Shown: in pieces, positions 20,201 to 28,281 of the stretch
Position numbering within the stretch: the first letter of the stretch is position 1
How the letters are laid out: each line of letters starts with the position of its first letter
Assembly (NCBI GenBank): GCA_002494645.1
Contig: DACE01000041.1
Coordinates: 4,389 to 68,388 of the forward strand
Direction: 5' to 3'
Origin: Euryarchaeota archaeon UBA256
GTDB taxonomy: Archaea; Thermoplasmatota; Poseidoniia; Poseidoniales; Poseidoniaceae
Length of the DNA stretch: 64,000 bases
Position numbers and translations under genes: made by a program
The notes under the pieces: model-generated
What the model was told of the DNA's origin: nothing
Database searches by the model: none
The model's input: the letters and a program-made list of their open reading frames with translations, nothing else

Positions 20201-20680
20201 TCAGCGGCACCTTATCGGCCAGAAGTTGGTGATAATGTTTCAGTCTACGCCCGAGTTATCAACGAAGGGATTTTGTCGGGGGAGGCCACGGTGAATCTGC
20301 GCGATGACGAAGGCACTCTTTTGGCTAGTGATGTCGTTGAATTAGAAGCCGATGAATGGATTAATTTTGTGTGGTACGTTGAAGCCTGGAAATCCGGTCG
20401 TTTGGGATTGAACGTAGAAATCGTTAATCATACGCCATCGGTGCCGATTCCTCTGGCAGATATTAAAGCCAAAGATGAAGATTCATCGGCAGGGGAAATG
20501 ACGCAAATCAGTTTGTCAATTCTCTCACTCATCATCGCAGCCGCTATCCTCTTTGTCGTTCGCCAACAGCGCCTCCAACGTGAGGAAGCCTACCATCTCG
20601 AGAAAATACGAAGAATCGTCCATCAACGTCTACCCCCTCCTGTACCCCGCGACCTATTGCAAAGTCCAGAAGAGCAATAG
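14300..20680 (+). CDS. giant (2126 aa) sequon-rich cell-surface protein with C-terminal TM anchor
   Basis: Signal/TM at the N-terminus. Three jelly-roll-like modules each ending in a GW(Y)IDD motif (HGWYIDNLSV, GWEGIAIDDI, ADGWYIDDAG). CARDB-like module near the C-terminus. TM helix ISLSILSLIIAAAILFVV plus basic tail. Dozens of N-x-S/T sequons. Confidence 0.8.
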   Translation: MTRNDSMISLHTGALRALFMCLMMVMVPATPFLSNEHQPLPSQATTRIFAPTVNQTGVNITDSGMLSIPYNRSFTEGGLDISPRWSTSPDASTHFGMDSNSGWNGQHNGTQGIGHGGQLSLATPSSLITRTDFETLVQTPVGWRGVGLNHSVWNIEHPNGSTAANGTPSQATDGQQVLATQGLGGLGQNMSGCLLSPVWDLPDFIGQFNLTFDQWLALEDSDAAWVEMRILGGQWTTILPDSGYANTTGAVGAPLQTWAGATAGWTSVQFSLDDQIQSSGSAFELRFCFQTSSTSGHRHGWYIDNLSVTNQGDLPGAWFHGNMNGDYADNAQGILYLNANLSGYSGTLDVEIWADWDLEGGYADNLLTSVSVDNGSTWQLISGIPGLPGNGFNWQGTYYGDESSGWVPALYSLPSSISTHQNASTALFRFFLQTNQQTGYGGFASSGWEGIAIDDIILHHRHGTAQAEQVTLANFSQPSDGTWGHESGWKGPNSTYANEWSWTTDFGRNGPTSTSESFERSLTTPAGWSIEGTVGGWEIGQTRNTSGYGPGVFHSGDYGAAINLTTRYTNNIYTHLTSPEYTIPLNATSRLSFRSWICAEANWDGGAVSMSTDSGENWWLLPAETQQFHDQISTANANSPFFNQGIIDGSNVPGGCGAQNARLYALKTYDVSNLSGMTVRARFSFFSDTYVEADGWYIDDAGIEIDVFEPEGQWVSSAVTPDPMYGYGWVDGWYEQPDGTSLALDVLDANLTPITGHQNLSLPAHLAIDPKEYSSLHLRVRMATNDTYVTPLIHSLSVGRTYYLDAEHLRQNSDVLNVSTVDKKGHLVVSGPFDVELSPMNYCPHDGFRIVSYGDNLTWTTTNAQLFTSYHQVQPFMTLLNYSLLAKPDLSRPLSIQAQGGEVFERGKVSLDCFKPSTSPEVRLGWSNISVFNWPIGGMSPTFGLNQYWTDVNDNGTLSLWEANAPASLYTLVNQTIHFNYTTLSKGPPSTQAKGPTFALLVSNASSSAELSINGVVYAVEDGSRVIHHQSAQVCPQAHARSTYSSNMTLYACTIELELLGSGDVKVMNLQHLPPNPLIEVGLSPSILNQAKAASSGQDVRATLDIPLHVVTATGGLKVDLWAQSAPLMTETIDMPLHTRWLPEETVTFVSHHQRANPLDSTEDAPDISSSELWLSRTVSTEAAMIQLKVDRLDTTPRFIQLKGSGLAALNANASSVSCTHNTCTITWSLTSTWLLDDVDDLHVLAQATDGEGLVAGPTYVVSKTAFNEVENDMEVIDFKVTDEQNRRLDDWANPLWPYHLSSDEAMTAEGRVRIEGIPGQWVEAGQAEVTVAMRAVPPKNLSGGQDEWPGEAVNWSQYWTVEVDADGRFAVEINTPPADGIMVSDTWLELRPSISRRAELGVNASTSEDRTVVLSPVRILYDTIQPTAGSLRILDSGREVPADNHIWMVGQDIPLRLQLSDPEGLAHPLEVWTWLEERDDANQDGQMDEEEYRMETVSVNLGVTQAEIDLPLLSWTSVTPSASEEGRASVVVRGQDLAGNSLQGGGEFGEEADLATIFVQPRYDTIVDSEDLHLDLVDGSLLAGKNHSFSMTISDANGLDSLDEIRLALLGRSNESSCFVHYEPRFSTTTYDGTCFIEAPEVQISKRDFATIYDITIVFRLDWNASWGFAANGGIPSLKVIDEGQDLGLGLFQLSSFEWKATTDLEMRWIDVSDTMAPFGQSNGTAYWFHRNDIVRHSVGLYHNNTQYLVQDLPPNASLQWSLNDGERQSTGEVALSSTGIIEFDIMMNENVMYYDYGALEVKLAGNESYRVNPIAYQIVLDDIAPRLAISPEGTTYGNNILSGGVMPASNGLDEVEVTVIIKDDTHLPPGPITMHFVFYRMGQPVDGTEGTRSLEFAEQLSTYTVYSSKVDFGVEQHQLTRSDVLVVWFEIIDRSGRELSGIGTQENAFTLPLVWVAFEPTFSDLSAAPYRPEVGDNVSVYARVINEGILSGEATVNLRDDEGTLLASDVVELEADEWINFVWYVEAWKSGRLGLNVEIVNHTPSVPIPLADIKAKDEDSSAGEMTQISLSILSLIIAAAILFVVRQQRLQREEAYHLEKIRRIVHQRLPPPVPRDLLQSPEEQ

Positions 20681-20714
20681 TCAAGAAGAGAGGTCTTTAC
20701 GCTCCAATCAAGAA

Positions 20715-20796
20715 GCCGGGGTACCCGAGTGGTCAAAGGGGGTGGATTCAAGCTCCTCTGCATATTGCTTCGCAGGTTCGAATCCTGCCCCCGGCA
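20715..20796 (+). tRNA. tRNA-Leu (anticodon CAA), class II with long variable arm, no encoded CCA
   Basis: Acceptor GCCGGGG/CCCCGGC. Anticodon loop TTCAAGC. T-arm GCAGG-TTCGAAT-CCTGC. Discriminator A followed by CTA. Confidence 0.88.
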
Positions 20797-20800
20797 CTAA

Positions 20801-20822
20801 TTTTCTACAGTTTTTGAGTTTT
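20801..20822 (+). terminator. oligo-T tract downstream of tRNA-Leu
   Basis: TTTTCTACAGTTTTTGAGTTTT: three T4-T5 runs, typical of an archaeal intrinsic termination signal. Confidence 0.5.
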
Positions 20823-20862
20823 GAGGGTATTCTCTTAAGATGTTGAAGGAAGGCCACAAACT

Positions 20863-22689
20863 ATGGGCGCGGGAGTCGAGGTACAAGATTTGGACCACGG
20901 ATTATTCCAATTTTCCCCACCAACATGGAAACATGCCATTGGCTATGGTATTGCAATATTGCTGTTCACCGTGGGTTTTTTCACCTATTCCAGCAGCCTT
21001 TCGATTCCCGATGTGCCTCGAACTGATGAAGCTCAAACATTTACTGAACTGCAGGAGAGTGAAACTTACGATTACGGACCAGTTCAAGATGGCTACGACC
21101 CAGAAGAATACGCTCAAGAAGCAGCCTTCATCATCATTAACCTTGAACTCCAGTATGGAGTGATTGCTTATGATTCCTGTGAGTATGTAGAAAACGATGA
21201 TGGCGGAGGAAGCTGGGAGTACTCTTTTTCCATGGCAGATGCTCAAAGATTGAAGTTGGTTGACCGAATGGGCGAAGAAATCACCGCTTCTTTTTCCGAA
21301 TCATCCCTCTCTCCTGAAGGCGAATTCTTCCAACCATCGTGTGGCAGTAGCTGGGAACGAACGATTCAAGGCAACGGGCCAGAAAGTGATGAAAATCCCA
21401 TCATGAGCGTTTTTTTAATGGTTGAAGAAGACCCTTTCAAGTACCGATTGCTTTCGGTTCAAGAAGTTGCTCTCTTTTCAATTGCAGACGCACCGCCTGA
21501 AGTGACCCAACGTGAAGATAGGGGGCGTTTTGCGCTCCTCTTCGTTGGAATCGGGGGGTTAGTTTTCATGTACAGTGTTGAACCGTCGCTCAAGCATGAT
21601 TTACGAGCGATTCGTCGTTCAAATCGAACAGATGCCAAAGATCGATCCTCAGGGGTAGGTGTCCTCGGTCATGAGGGTCGCCAGTTCCAACACTTGGGTC
21701 CAAATTTTCAAATTCTTGGTCCTGCAGATTTACCCAGGCGGAGTGCAGAAACAGACTGGCTCTTTGGCGCCCCACAATTACCCACATCCTACGACCGAGT
21801 GTTTGCCGGTGATGGTGATGGGGCGTTCATCAAAGAACATCCAAGTCGTTTGGGGTCGCCTCAACCGGGCACCATTACGCTTTACAGCATCGGTGCGGTT
21901 ATTTTCTCTGGTTCCTTCATATGGCTCTCTGCCGACTTGAGGGCACGGGATGGTTCAGGATTCCACACGCTTCTTGGCTGGGGCATGACCGCCTTTGTTA
22001 CAATTGTTAATTTGCTTTGGTTTTACTCCGCTTGGAAACAATTCAGATTGCAACGCACCATCAATGACTTGCCGACCAGTCCGATTCGAAGCGTAGCCGT
22101 CGGCCAAGCAGAGATTGTAGGACAGGTTCGCCCTTCCATTGCTGGCACGCCTGAAATGACCGTTGGAGGCAGGACGCATCAAGGACTGGTGCTTTGGCAG
22201 TGGAAATCCTACCATTACGAATGTCATACCGATAGTGACGGTGATACAAGTTGTTCATGGAGTCATGTTGAAACTAAGAACGGAGGTGTACCTTTCATCG
22301 TTCACGACGGAACGGGTGGTATTCTCATCGATCCCATGCTTTGGGAAGAAAAGAAAGGCAAGATCGACCGTGGTTTGGTTGTTGATGAATGGCAGCGAGG
22401 GGACTGGAAATGGAATCTCACCTGTATTGGAATCGGCGACCCTATCTATTTGCTCGGTGATTGCGAACCGAGGAAGAATGACCACCTCGAAGCATGGGGT
22501 TCAGACCCAACACTCCCCAACGCTCTGGTGACCATCGTCCCTTCAACCGATACGGGAGAAGGTTCAGTACTTCACTATGGTACTGAATTAGATGTTCTCT
22601 CAAACATGCGCTCAACCTTTGAAATTTTGATTGTCCCGATGCTTGTATTCCTCTTCGGAATCTTCATGTTCATCAGCTATACGCCTTGA
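20863..22689 (+). CDS. multi-pass membrane protein with C-terminal GIDE-like domain
   Basis: At least 5 predicted TM helices. The C-terminal part (IRSVAVGQAEIVGQVRP...VPFIVHDGTGGILIDP...GIGDPIYLLGDCEP...terminal TM) matches my recollection of the GIDE (PF12483-type) architecture. Confidence 0.5.
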   Translation: MGAGVEVQDLDHGLFQFSPPTWKHAIGYGIAILLFTVGFFTYSSSLSIPDVPRTDEAQTFTELQESETYDYGPVQDGYDPEEYAQEAAFIIINLELQYGVIAYDSCEYVENDDGGGSWEYSFSMADAQRLKLVDRMGEEITASFSESSLSPEGEFFQPSCGSSWERTIQGNGPESDENPIMSVFLMVEEDPFKYRLLSVQEVALFSIADAPPEVTQREDRGRFALLFVGIGGLVFMYSVEPSLKHDLRAIRRSNRTDAKDRSSGVGVLGHEGRQFQHLGPNFQILGPADLPRRSAETDWLFGAPQLPTSYDRVFAGDGDGAFIKEHPSRLGSPQPGTITLYSIGAVIFSGSFIWLSADLRARDGSGFHTLLGWGMTAFVTIVNLLWFYSAWKQFRLQRTINDLPTSPIRSVAVGQAEIVGQVRPSIAGTPEMTVGGRTHQGLVLWQWKSYHYECHTDSDGDTSCSWSHVETKNGGVPFIVHDGTGGILIDPMLWEEKKGKIDRGLVVDEWQRGDWKWNLTCIGIGDPIYLLGDCEPRKNDHLEAWGSDPTLPNALVTIVPSTDTGEGSVLHYGTELDVLSNMRSTFEILIVPMLVFLFGIFMFISYTP

Positions 22690-22901
22690 TTCGAGCACGT
22701 TAATTCCCTTGCTTTTCAAAGGATTGTTGAGATATTCACGAAGGGAAGGGCATGGAAATGTTGATGTCACTATGATACCAAGAAAATTCAATCTTGAAAT
22801 CAATGCGAGTGGAGAAATGAATTGGGATGTTATCAATCCCGATGGCAAGTTCATGGTTTATCGACGTTGAGCGTGTCACCCCGGCCCTCTTCGAACGCTC
22901 C

Positions 22902-23399
22902 TCAACTGCTTGCTCTTGGGTCTTGTGGGCCTTCAGTGCGCTGAATCTCCACGCCGTGATTCTCAAGGTATCCGACGCCATTCTCCCCCATGAATCCTCC
23001 ATCAACAATGACAACACGGGCGATTCCAGCATGGTGGATGAGTTTGGCGCACATCATGCACGGTTCACCGGTGACGATGAGCCATGCTTTGTTGGTCGAG
23101 ACACCGTTGGCTGCTGCATTGCAAATGAGATTCATTTCAGCATGATGACATCCAATTTCGACACGTGTTCCAGAGGTGATGTTCATGGTGTCGCGAAGGC
23201 ATTCTTCGCCGCCACAAAGGCGCCCTCCACCACGCGGGCCGCCGTTGTAACCGTCCATGAGGACCACGTTTCGCTTCGGGTCAACCAGTAAGGCGCCAAA
23301 GGTACGTCGCGGGCAGTTGGATGCTTCAGCTAAGGCGAGGCATTGTTGAATGCGAATTGCGAGATGCTTGTCTTTCACAGGCTCACCGTCTTGGCTCAC
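22902..23399 (-). CDS. dCMP (deoxycytidylate) deaminase
   Basis: Zinc motifs CHHAEMN and PCMMCAKLI. 165 aa. Start overlaps the folC stop by 4 nt. Confidence 0.85.
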   Translation of the reverse strand: MSQDGEPVKDKHLAIRIQQCLALAEASNCPRRTFGALLVDPKRNVVLMDGYNGGPRGGGRLCGGEECLRDTMNITSGTRVEIGCHHAEMNLICNAAANGVSTNKAWLIVTGEPCMMCAKLIHHAGIARVVIVDGGFMGENGVGYLENHGVEIQRTEGPQDPRASS

Positions 23400-24736
23400 T
23401 GTGTCGTGTTCTTTGATTGCTTCGCACCAATTTTCATGACTTCAGACCTGTCAACCCCCAGAGTTTCAATGACGTTTCCTTGCATGTAAAGAGAGCCAAT
23501 GGACAGGACCAATCCTTCGCCTTGAAGCAGGCCATAAGAGGCTTCAACAGCCTCTTTTGGGGTCTGGTAAAGAGTGATAGGAACTGGTTCAAGGGGAGCA
23601 AAAAACCTCTGCAGAAGCCCTCGGTCCACGCCTCGATAACGCCCACCCTGGGGTTCGGTGAGAAGAATGGCACGAGGCGGTAGGCCACGGCAAATCTCCA
23701 GCAACGGCGCGAGCATTTCTTTGAGGTCGGACTGCGGTGAGCAGCCAAAGATCAACACCCATTGTGCAGGCAAGACTTCACGCAGTTCCTGACAAGCACG
23801 TTTCATCCCGCTAGCGTTGTGAGCCCCTTCAAGGAGAAAGGTGATCTCTTCGTGAGAGGGGACGGCCACATAGTGCATACGAGCAGGCCAATGAAGGTCG
23901 GTCAAATCGGGCATCCTTCGCATGGAGTCCATTACCAAATGAGGCCATACTGTTGCCGCCATTTGCTTCGCTTCTTCAAGATAGCTAAGCGTGGGGTCGA
24001 TGTCAACCCAGGTGACCAAAGCAGTGTCCTGTTGTTCGCCCAAAACCATACTTCCAGCATGAGTTGCCTCATCCATAATGGCACGTACAACGTCTTCTTG
24101 GGATGGGCGACGTACAATCAAAGGAGCGCCTGGGCGAGCAATCGCAGCCTTCTCCCTTGCGATAAGCGCTAACTCCTTCCCCAAAATTTCAGTATGGTCT
24201 CGACTCAAAGAGGTCACTGCGCACACATCAGCCTTCGCAACGCGGGTTGCATCCAATCGTCCACCGAGGCCGGTCTCAAGGATGAGAACGTCAATGCTGT
24301 GCGCGTCAGCGACGGCCATTGCAACCAGAAAGGTTGCTTCAAAGAATGTGATGCTGATGTTTTGGGCTTCTGTAGCAGCATGTACACGGGACAATGCCAT
24401 GTCAAATTGTTCTGAACTCAACGGTACACCGTTCAATCTGACGCGCTCCTCAACGTCGATGAGGTGTGGTGAAGAAAACATCAAATTTGGAATATCCTCA
24501 TGGCTGAGTGCAGCAGAAAGGACAGCACAAAGCGTTCCTTTCCCATTGCTCCCTGCAACGTGAAGGGTACGATAGTCAGGAGTTCGGCAACCAAGCGAGG
24601 CCAGCGCTTTCGCCGTTTGCTCAAGACCCAGTGCCATTCCACGTTCTTTGGTGGACTCAAGCCATGAACGCAAGCGAACACGGTCCACCATGGTCGTGGC
24701 AGGTAAGCGGGCAACATAGCCTCTTTCCCCCGTCAA
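23396..24736 (-). CDS. folC: folylpolyglutamate synthase / dihydrofolate synthase
   Basis: Mur-ligase P-loop HVAGSNGKGT, plus FEATFLVA and ETGLGGRLDATR motifs. Confidence 0.82.
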   Translation of the reverse strand: MTGERGYVARLPATTMVDRVRLRSWLESTKERGMALGLEQTAKALASLGCRTPDYRTLHVAGSNGKGTLCAVLSAALSHEDIPNLMFSSPHLIDVEERVRLNGVPLSSEQFDMALSRVHAATEAQNISITFFEATFLVAMAVADAHSIDVLILETGLGGRLDATRVAKADVCAVTSLSRDHTEILGKELALIAREKAAIARPGAPLIVRRPSQEDVVRAIMDEATHAGSMVLGEQQDTALVTWVDIDPTLSYLEEAKQMAATVWPHLVMDSMRRMPDLTDLHWPARMHYVAVPSHEEITFLLEGAHNASGMKRACQELREVLPAQWVLIFGCSPQSDLKEMLAPLLEICRGLPPRAILLTEPQGGRYRGVDRGLLQRFFAPLEPVPITLYQTPKEAVEASYGLLQGEGLVLSIGSLYMQGNVIETLGVDRSEVMKIGAKQSKNTTQ

Positions 24737-24789
24737 TCATGCTTCATCTGAACGCGAGGCTGATATGAGATGGATGATTGGCATCACTC

Positions 24790-26979
24790 ATGAGCGATGA
24801 TGGTGGTGCGGCGGTTGAGCCTCCTGTGTCCAAGCGCTTCGCCGAAGTTGAGGACGAACTTCGCAAGGAAGACGGAATTCTCTCGCTGATGCAGGACCAA
24901 TGGATTGGCATGACCGGCATGGCTGGTATGTTCATCGCCACCATTGCACTCGCCATGTACATTCGACCCTACTATGATGTGGGTGAACTGCATGCATTCG
25001 GTGCTTCAGGCGCAACCCAAGTTCGTTACGTAGCCATTGAATTGGTCGCGATTTTCGCCTTTACCGCACTCATCATTTTCCTTGCCCGTTGGGGCAAGCA
25101 ATACATCATCAAATACGGCATGATGGCTGTGTTGACATTGGCCTTACTCTACAGTACGGTGCCTTTGGCGCACATGTTTGTGCTGGATTTTGACACCCAA
25201 GAATTCGAGGTCACAGCGACCGAACAACAGGCCGGCGACTTCCTTGGAACGTGGGGCGAAAACGGCTATATTTTGGCAGAGATCATTGAGACCACCGAGG
25301 AACCAGTGGTCAACATCACAGCATGGGACAGTTCCAATGATTATGCATCAGCCGTATGGTCAACCGTCCACGAACACTCCATCGCCGATGGGGCCTCTCC
25401 AGTTCGTATGACCTCGAGTTCATACGGCCTTACCTTTGCAAGCGGCTATTATGCATGGACGCTGGACTCAACGACCGGCGAGGTGACAGAATCTTACGCT
25501 TGTTGGGAAAACGATAGCGAAGGGGAGGTCGTGGCAATTTCAAACATGATTGGCGGGTGTGCCCTTGCGGTGACCACTGATGAGGCCATGTACTTGTTCA
25601 ATCCCTTCGAAGAGGTTGAACGCTTCCGCACCTTTTCCCAAGCACCCGGCGTTCTCGGCCCCGAAGCGCGCTGGCGTACACCAGGCTTCAACCTCGCCGA
25701 TGGAGCAGTCCTGAGCACACTCCTGACCGAAGACCAATTGGCCTTGGTCACCCCTGCCCGTGCTGGTGTTCTCCTGCTGGAAGAAACCTCTCAAATTGGA
25801 GGGGTTGACAACATCACGGTTCTGTTTGAGCATGCTCCTCAGCCAAAAGCAGTCTACACCAGTGCAGACCTTGGCATTTCACCCTTCGAAGAAGACAATG
25901 CAACACTCGTTCCAGAAAACCGTCGTATGCTCCTCCTTGGCGAGAACAACGGGACCATCACCGGCATTGAATGGAATGGGAGCGAATCCAACGATAAGGC
26001 CTTTACAATTCAGGAACGAATGGCATTGGACGGACTGGTCACTTCGGTGACTTCGGTGAGCATCACTGACTTAGACGAATCAGGCTTCTCAGATTTGCTG
26101 ATCGCTGATGAAGTGGAAGCACACTGGTTGTACACCACCTCACTGGTCAATCGTGCCAGCTTCGGCATTCCAGCCAATAATGTCGCCACTTTCTTTGACA
26201 TCGGAGCAGAGGAAACGCATCTCGTAACGCTGTCACAAACGGACACATCATCCGTTCTCCTCCAGTCCGGTGAACTCACCCAATCCATGTTCCCCCTCTA
26301 CGGGATTCAATTGCTTCTCGTCCCGACCTTGGTTGGACTGTTTGTTACCGCCGTCCTTATGATTCTCCTCTTCGTTCACAGCGAATGGTATGTGGTCAAC
26401 ACGACCGGTGTTCTTCTCGGGGCTGGCGTTTGTGTCATGCTCGGAGTAACCTTTGTTCCTGCCCTGGCGATGCTGTTCATGATTCTCGCTGCAATCTACG
26501 ACTTCTGGGCGGTGTACAAGTCCAAACACATGCTTGATTTGGCCGATACTATGATCGGTTTGCGTTTGCCCATTCTTTTGGTCGCTCCACAAGGAACTGA
26601 TTATTCGCTCATCGAAGAAACTGAACAGGCCAAACGAACGAATGAGGCCATCATCTCCGAGGATAAAAAAGCAAGAGCCAAGCCCAAGAAGGCCAAGAAG
26701 AACAGCGAGGCCATGTTCATGGGTTTGGGCGATGTCATCTTCCCCGGTATGCTGGTCCTCTCTGCCATGCAGTGGCTGGACCCGTCTGTGGCCTTCCCCG
26801 TAGCCATGACAACCTTATTTGGTGGATTGATGGGTTACGTTGCCCTCATGACCTACGTCGCCCGTGGCAAGGCTCAAGCGGGCCTCCCTCTCTTGAATGG
26901 AGGAGCAATTCTGGGCTACCTTATTGGTGGGCTCATCTTCTTGGGAACAGGAATCTTTAGTTTCAACATCTCGTGGTGA
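24790..26979 (+). CDS. presenilin/signal-peptide-peptidase family (A22) intramembrane aspartyl protease with a large extracytoplasmic insert
   Basis: Catalytic motifs in TM helices: AAIYDFWAVY (YD) and FMGLGDVIFPG (GxGD), plus a PAL-like GLPLLNGG. About 370 residues are inserted between TM3 and TM4. ATG at 24790 (track starts at TTG 24778). Confidence 0.7.
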   Translation: MSDDGGAAVEPPVSKRFAEVEDELRKEDGILSLMQDQWIGMTGMAGMFIATIALAMYIRPYYDVGELHAFGASGATQVRYVAIELVAIFAFTALIIFLARWGKQYIIKYGMMAVLTLALLYSTVPLAHMFVLDFDTQEFEVTATEQQAGDFLGTWGENGYILAEIIETTEEPVVNITAWDSSNDYASAVWSTVHEHSIADGASPVRMTSSSYGLTFASGYYAWTLDSTTGEVTESYACWENDSEGEVVAISNMIGGCALAVTTDEAMYLFNPFEEVERFRTFSQAPGVLGPEARWRTPGFNLADGAVLSTLLTEDQLALVTPARAGVLLLEETSQIGGVDNITVLFEHAPQPKAVYTSADLGISPFEEDNATLVPENRRMLLLGENNGTITGIEWNGSESNDKAFTIQERMALDGLVTSVTSVSITDLDESGFSDLLIADEVEAHWLYTTSLVNRASFGIPANNVATFFDIGAEETHLVTLSQTDTSSVLLQSGELTQSMFPLYGIQLLLVPTLVGLFVTAVLMILLFVHSEWYVVNTTGVLLGAGVCVMLGVTFVPALAMLFMILAAIYDFWAVYKSKHMLDLADTMIGLRLPILLVAPQGTDYSLIEETEQAKRTNEAIISEDKKARAKPKKAKKNSEAMFMGLGDVIFPGMLVLSAMQWLDPSVAFPVAMTTLFGGLMGYVALMTYVARGKAQAGLPLLNGGAILGYLIGGLIFLGTGIFSFNISW

Positions 26980-28277
26980 TGCCCATGCTTGACATGAATC
27001 TCTTCCGTGAACAAGCCGACCTCATCAGGGCCGACCACACCAAGCGTGGCCTTCCCCATGATAGCATTGACCGGGTGATTGAACTGGACCAGTCATGGCG
27101 TAATTTGCTTCATGAAACCGACCAGTTGCGTCGTGAAAAGAACGAGGCGGCGCGCGGTATTGGTGCCGCCAAAAAAGCAGGTGACCACGCTGCTGCCGAG
27201 GCCATTCTTGCTCAAGTAGCCGACCTCGGCCAACGCATCAGCGCCATGGAATCTCAAACCAACGATGCGATGCAAACGCGTGACCAACTCCGCATGTCAA
27301 TTCCCAACCTTCTGCACCATGACGTACCTCAAGGGGCTGACGAATCTGGCAATACCGTCCATGCTGTCCACGGTGAAAAACCAACATTTTCCTTTGAACC
27401 ACGCCCACACAATGACCTCATTGAGATGAATCGTTGGGTGGACCTCAAGCGGGCTGCAAAGATTACGGGCAGCCGTTTTTTCTTCCTCAAGGGTGACTTG
27501 GCACGATTGGAGTTTGCACTCCAGCAATATGCCGTCGAATTCCTTCGACAGCGAGAATTCACCTTCGTTCAGCCACCTGTGATGATGAACCGTCAAGCCT
27601 ACGAGGGCGTGACGGACCTTGCAGATTTTGAAACGGTGATGTACGGTATTGAGCCAGATAAATACTACATGATTGCAACATCCGAGCATCCTCTGACTGC
27701 CATGTACATGGACGAGACCATTCCCGAAGAGCAAATGCCTCTTCGCATGGTGGGCGTCTCACAATGTTTCCGTCGAGAGGTCGGTAGCCACGGCCAATCC
27801 GACCTTGGCATTTGGCGAGTTCACCAATTCACCAAGATTGAACAGATCATCATCGCTCGTCCTGAAGATTCATGGGCGCTGCACGAAGAATTGCTCAAGA
27901 ATTGCATCGATTTGTGGGACAGCCTCGGTATTCACTACGAAGTAGTAAACATCTGCACCGGTGATATGGGCACAGTAGCAGCAAAGAAGTACGACCTCGA
28001 AGCGTGGATTCCCGGCGCTCAGCAGTACAAGGAAATCGTTTCATGCTCAAATTGCACCGACTATCAGGCCAATCGCCTCAACATTCGTTACGGCCAACCC
28101 GGTCATCCCAACCAACCCATTGTACACACTCTCAATTCAACGGCCGTTGCGACCTCACGAGCGCTCGTAGCCATCATGGAGCAATACCAACTTGAGGACG
28201 GGCGCGTTCAAGTTCCCGAAGTGCTCCAAGCCTACATGGGTGGGCAAAGCATCCTAGAACCGTGCGAATGGGGTTGA
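26979..28277 (+). CDS. serS: seryl-tRNA synthetase
   Basis: Class II motifs (CFRREVGSHG, GTVAAKKYDLEAW, NSTAVATSRAL). ATG overlaps the upstream stop (TGATG). Confidence 0.95.
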   Translation: MPMLDMNLFREQADLIRADHTKRGLPHDSIDRVIELDQSWRNLLHETDQLRREKNEAARGIGAAKKAGDHAAAEAILAQVADLGQRISAMESQTNDAMQTRDQLRMSIPNLLHHDVPQGADESGNTVHAVHGEKPTFSFEPRPHNDLIEMNRWVDLKRAAKITGSRFFFLKGDLARLEFALQQYAVEFLRQREFTFVQPPVMMNRQAYEGVTDLADFETVMYGIEPDKYYMIATSEHPLTAMYMDETIPEEQMPLRMVGVSQCFRREVGSHGQSDLGIWRVHQFTKIEQIIIARPEDSWALHEELLKNCIDLWDSLGIHYEVVNICTGDMGTVAAKKYDLEAWIPGAQQYKEIVSCSNCTDYQANRLNIRYGQPGHPNQPIVHTLNSTAVATSRALVAIMEQYQLEDGRVQVPEVLQAYMGGQSILEPCEWG

Positions 28278-28281
28278 TTGA

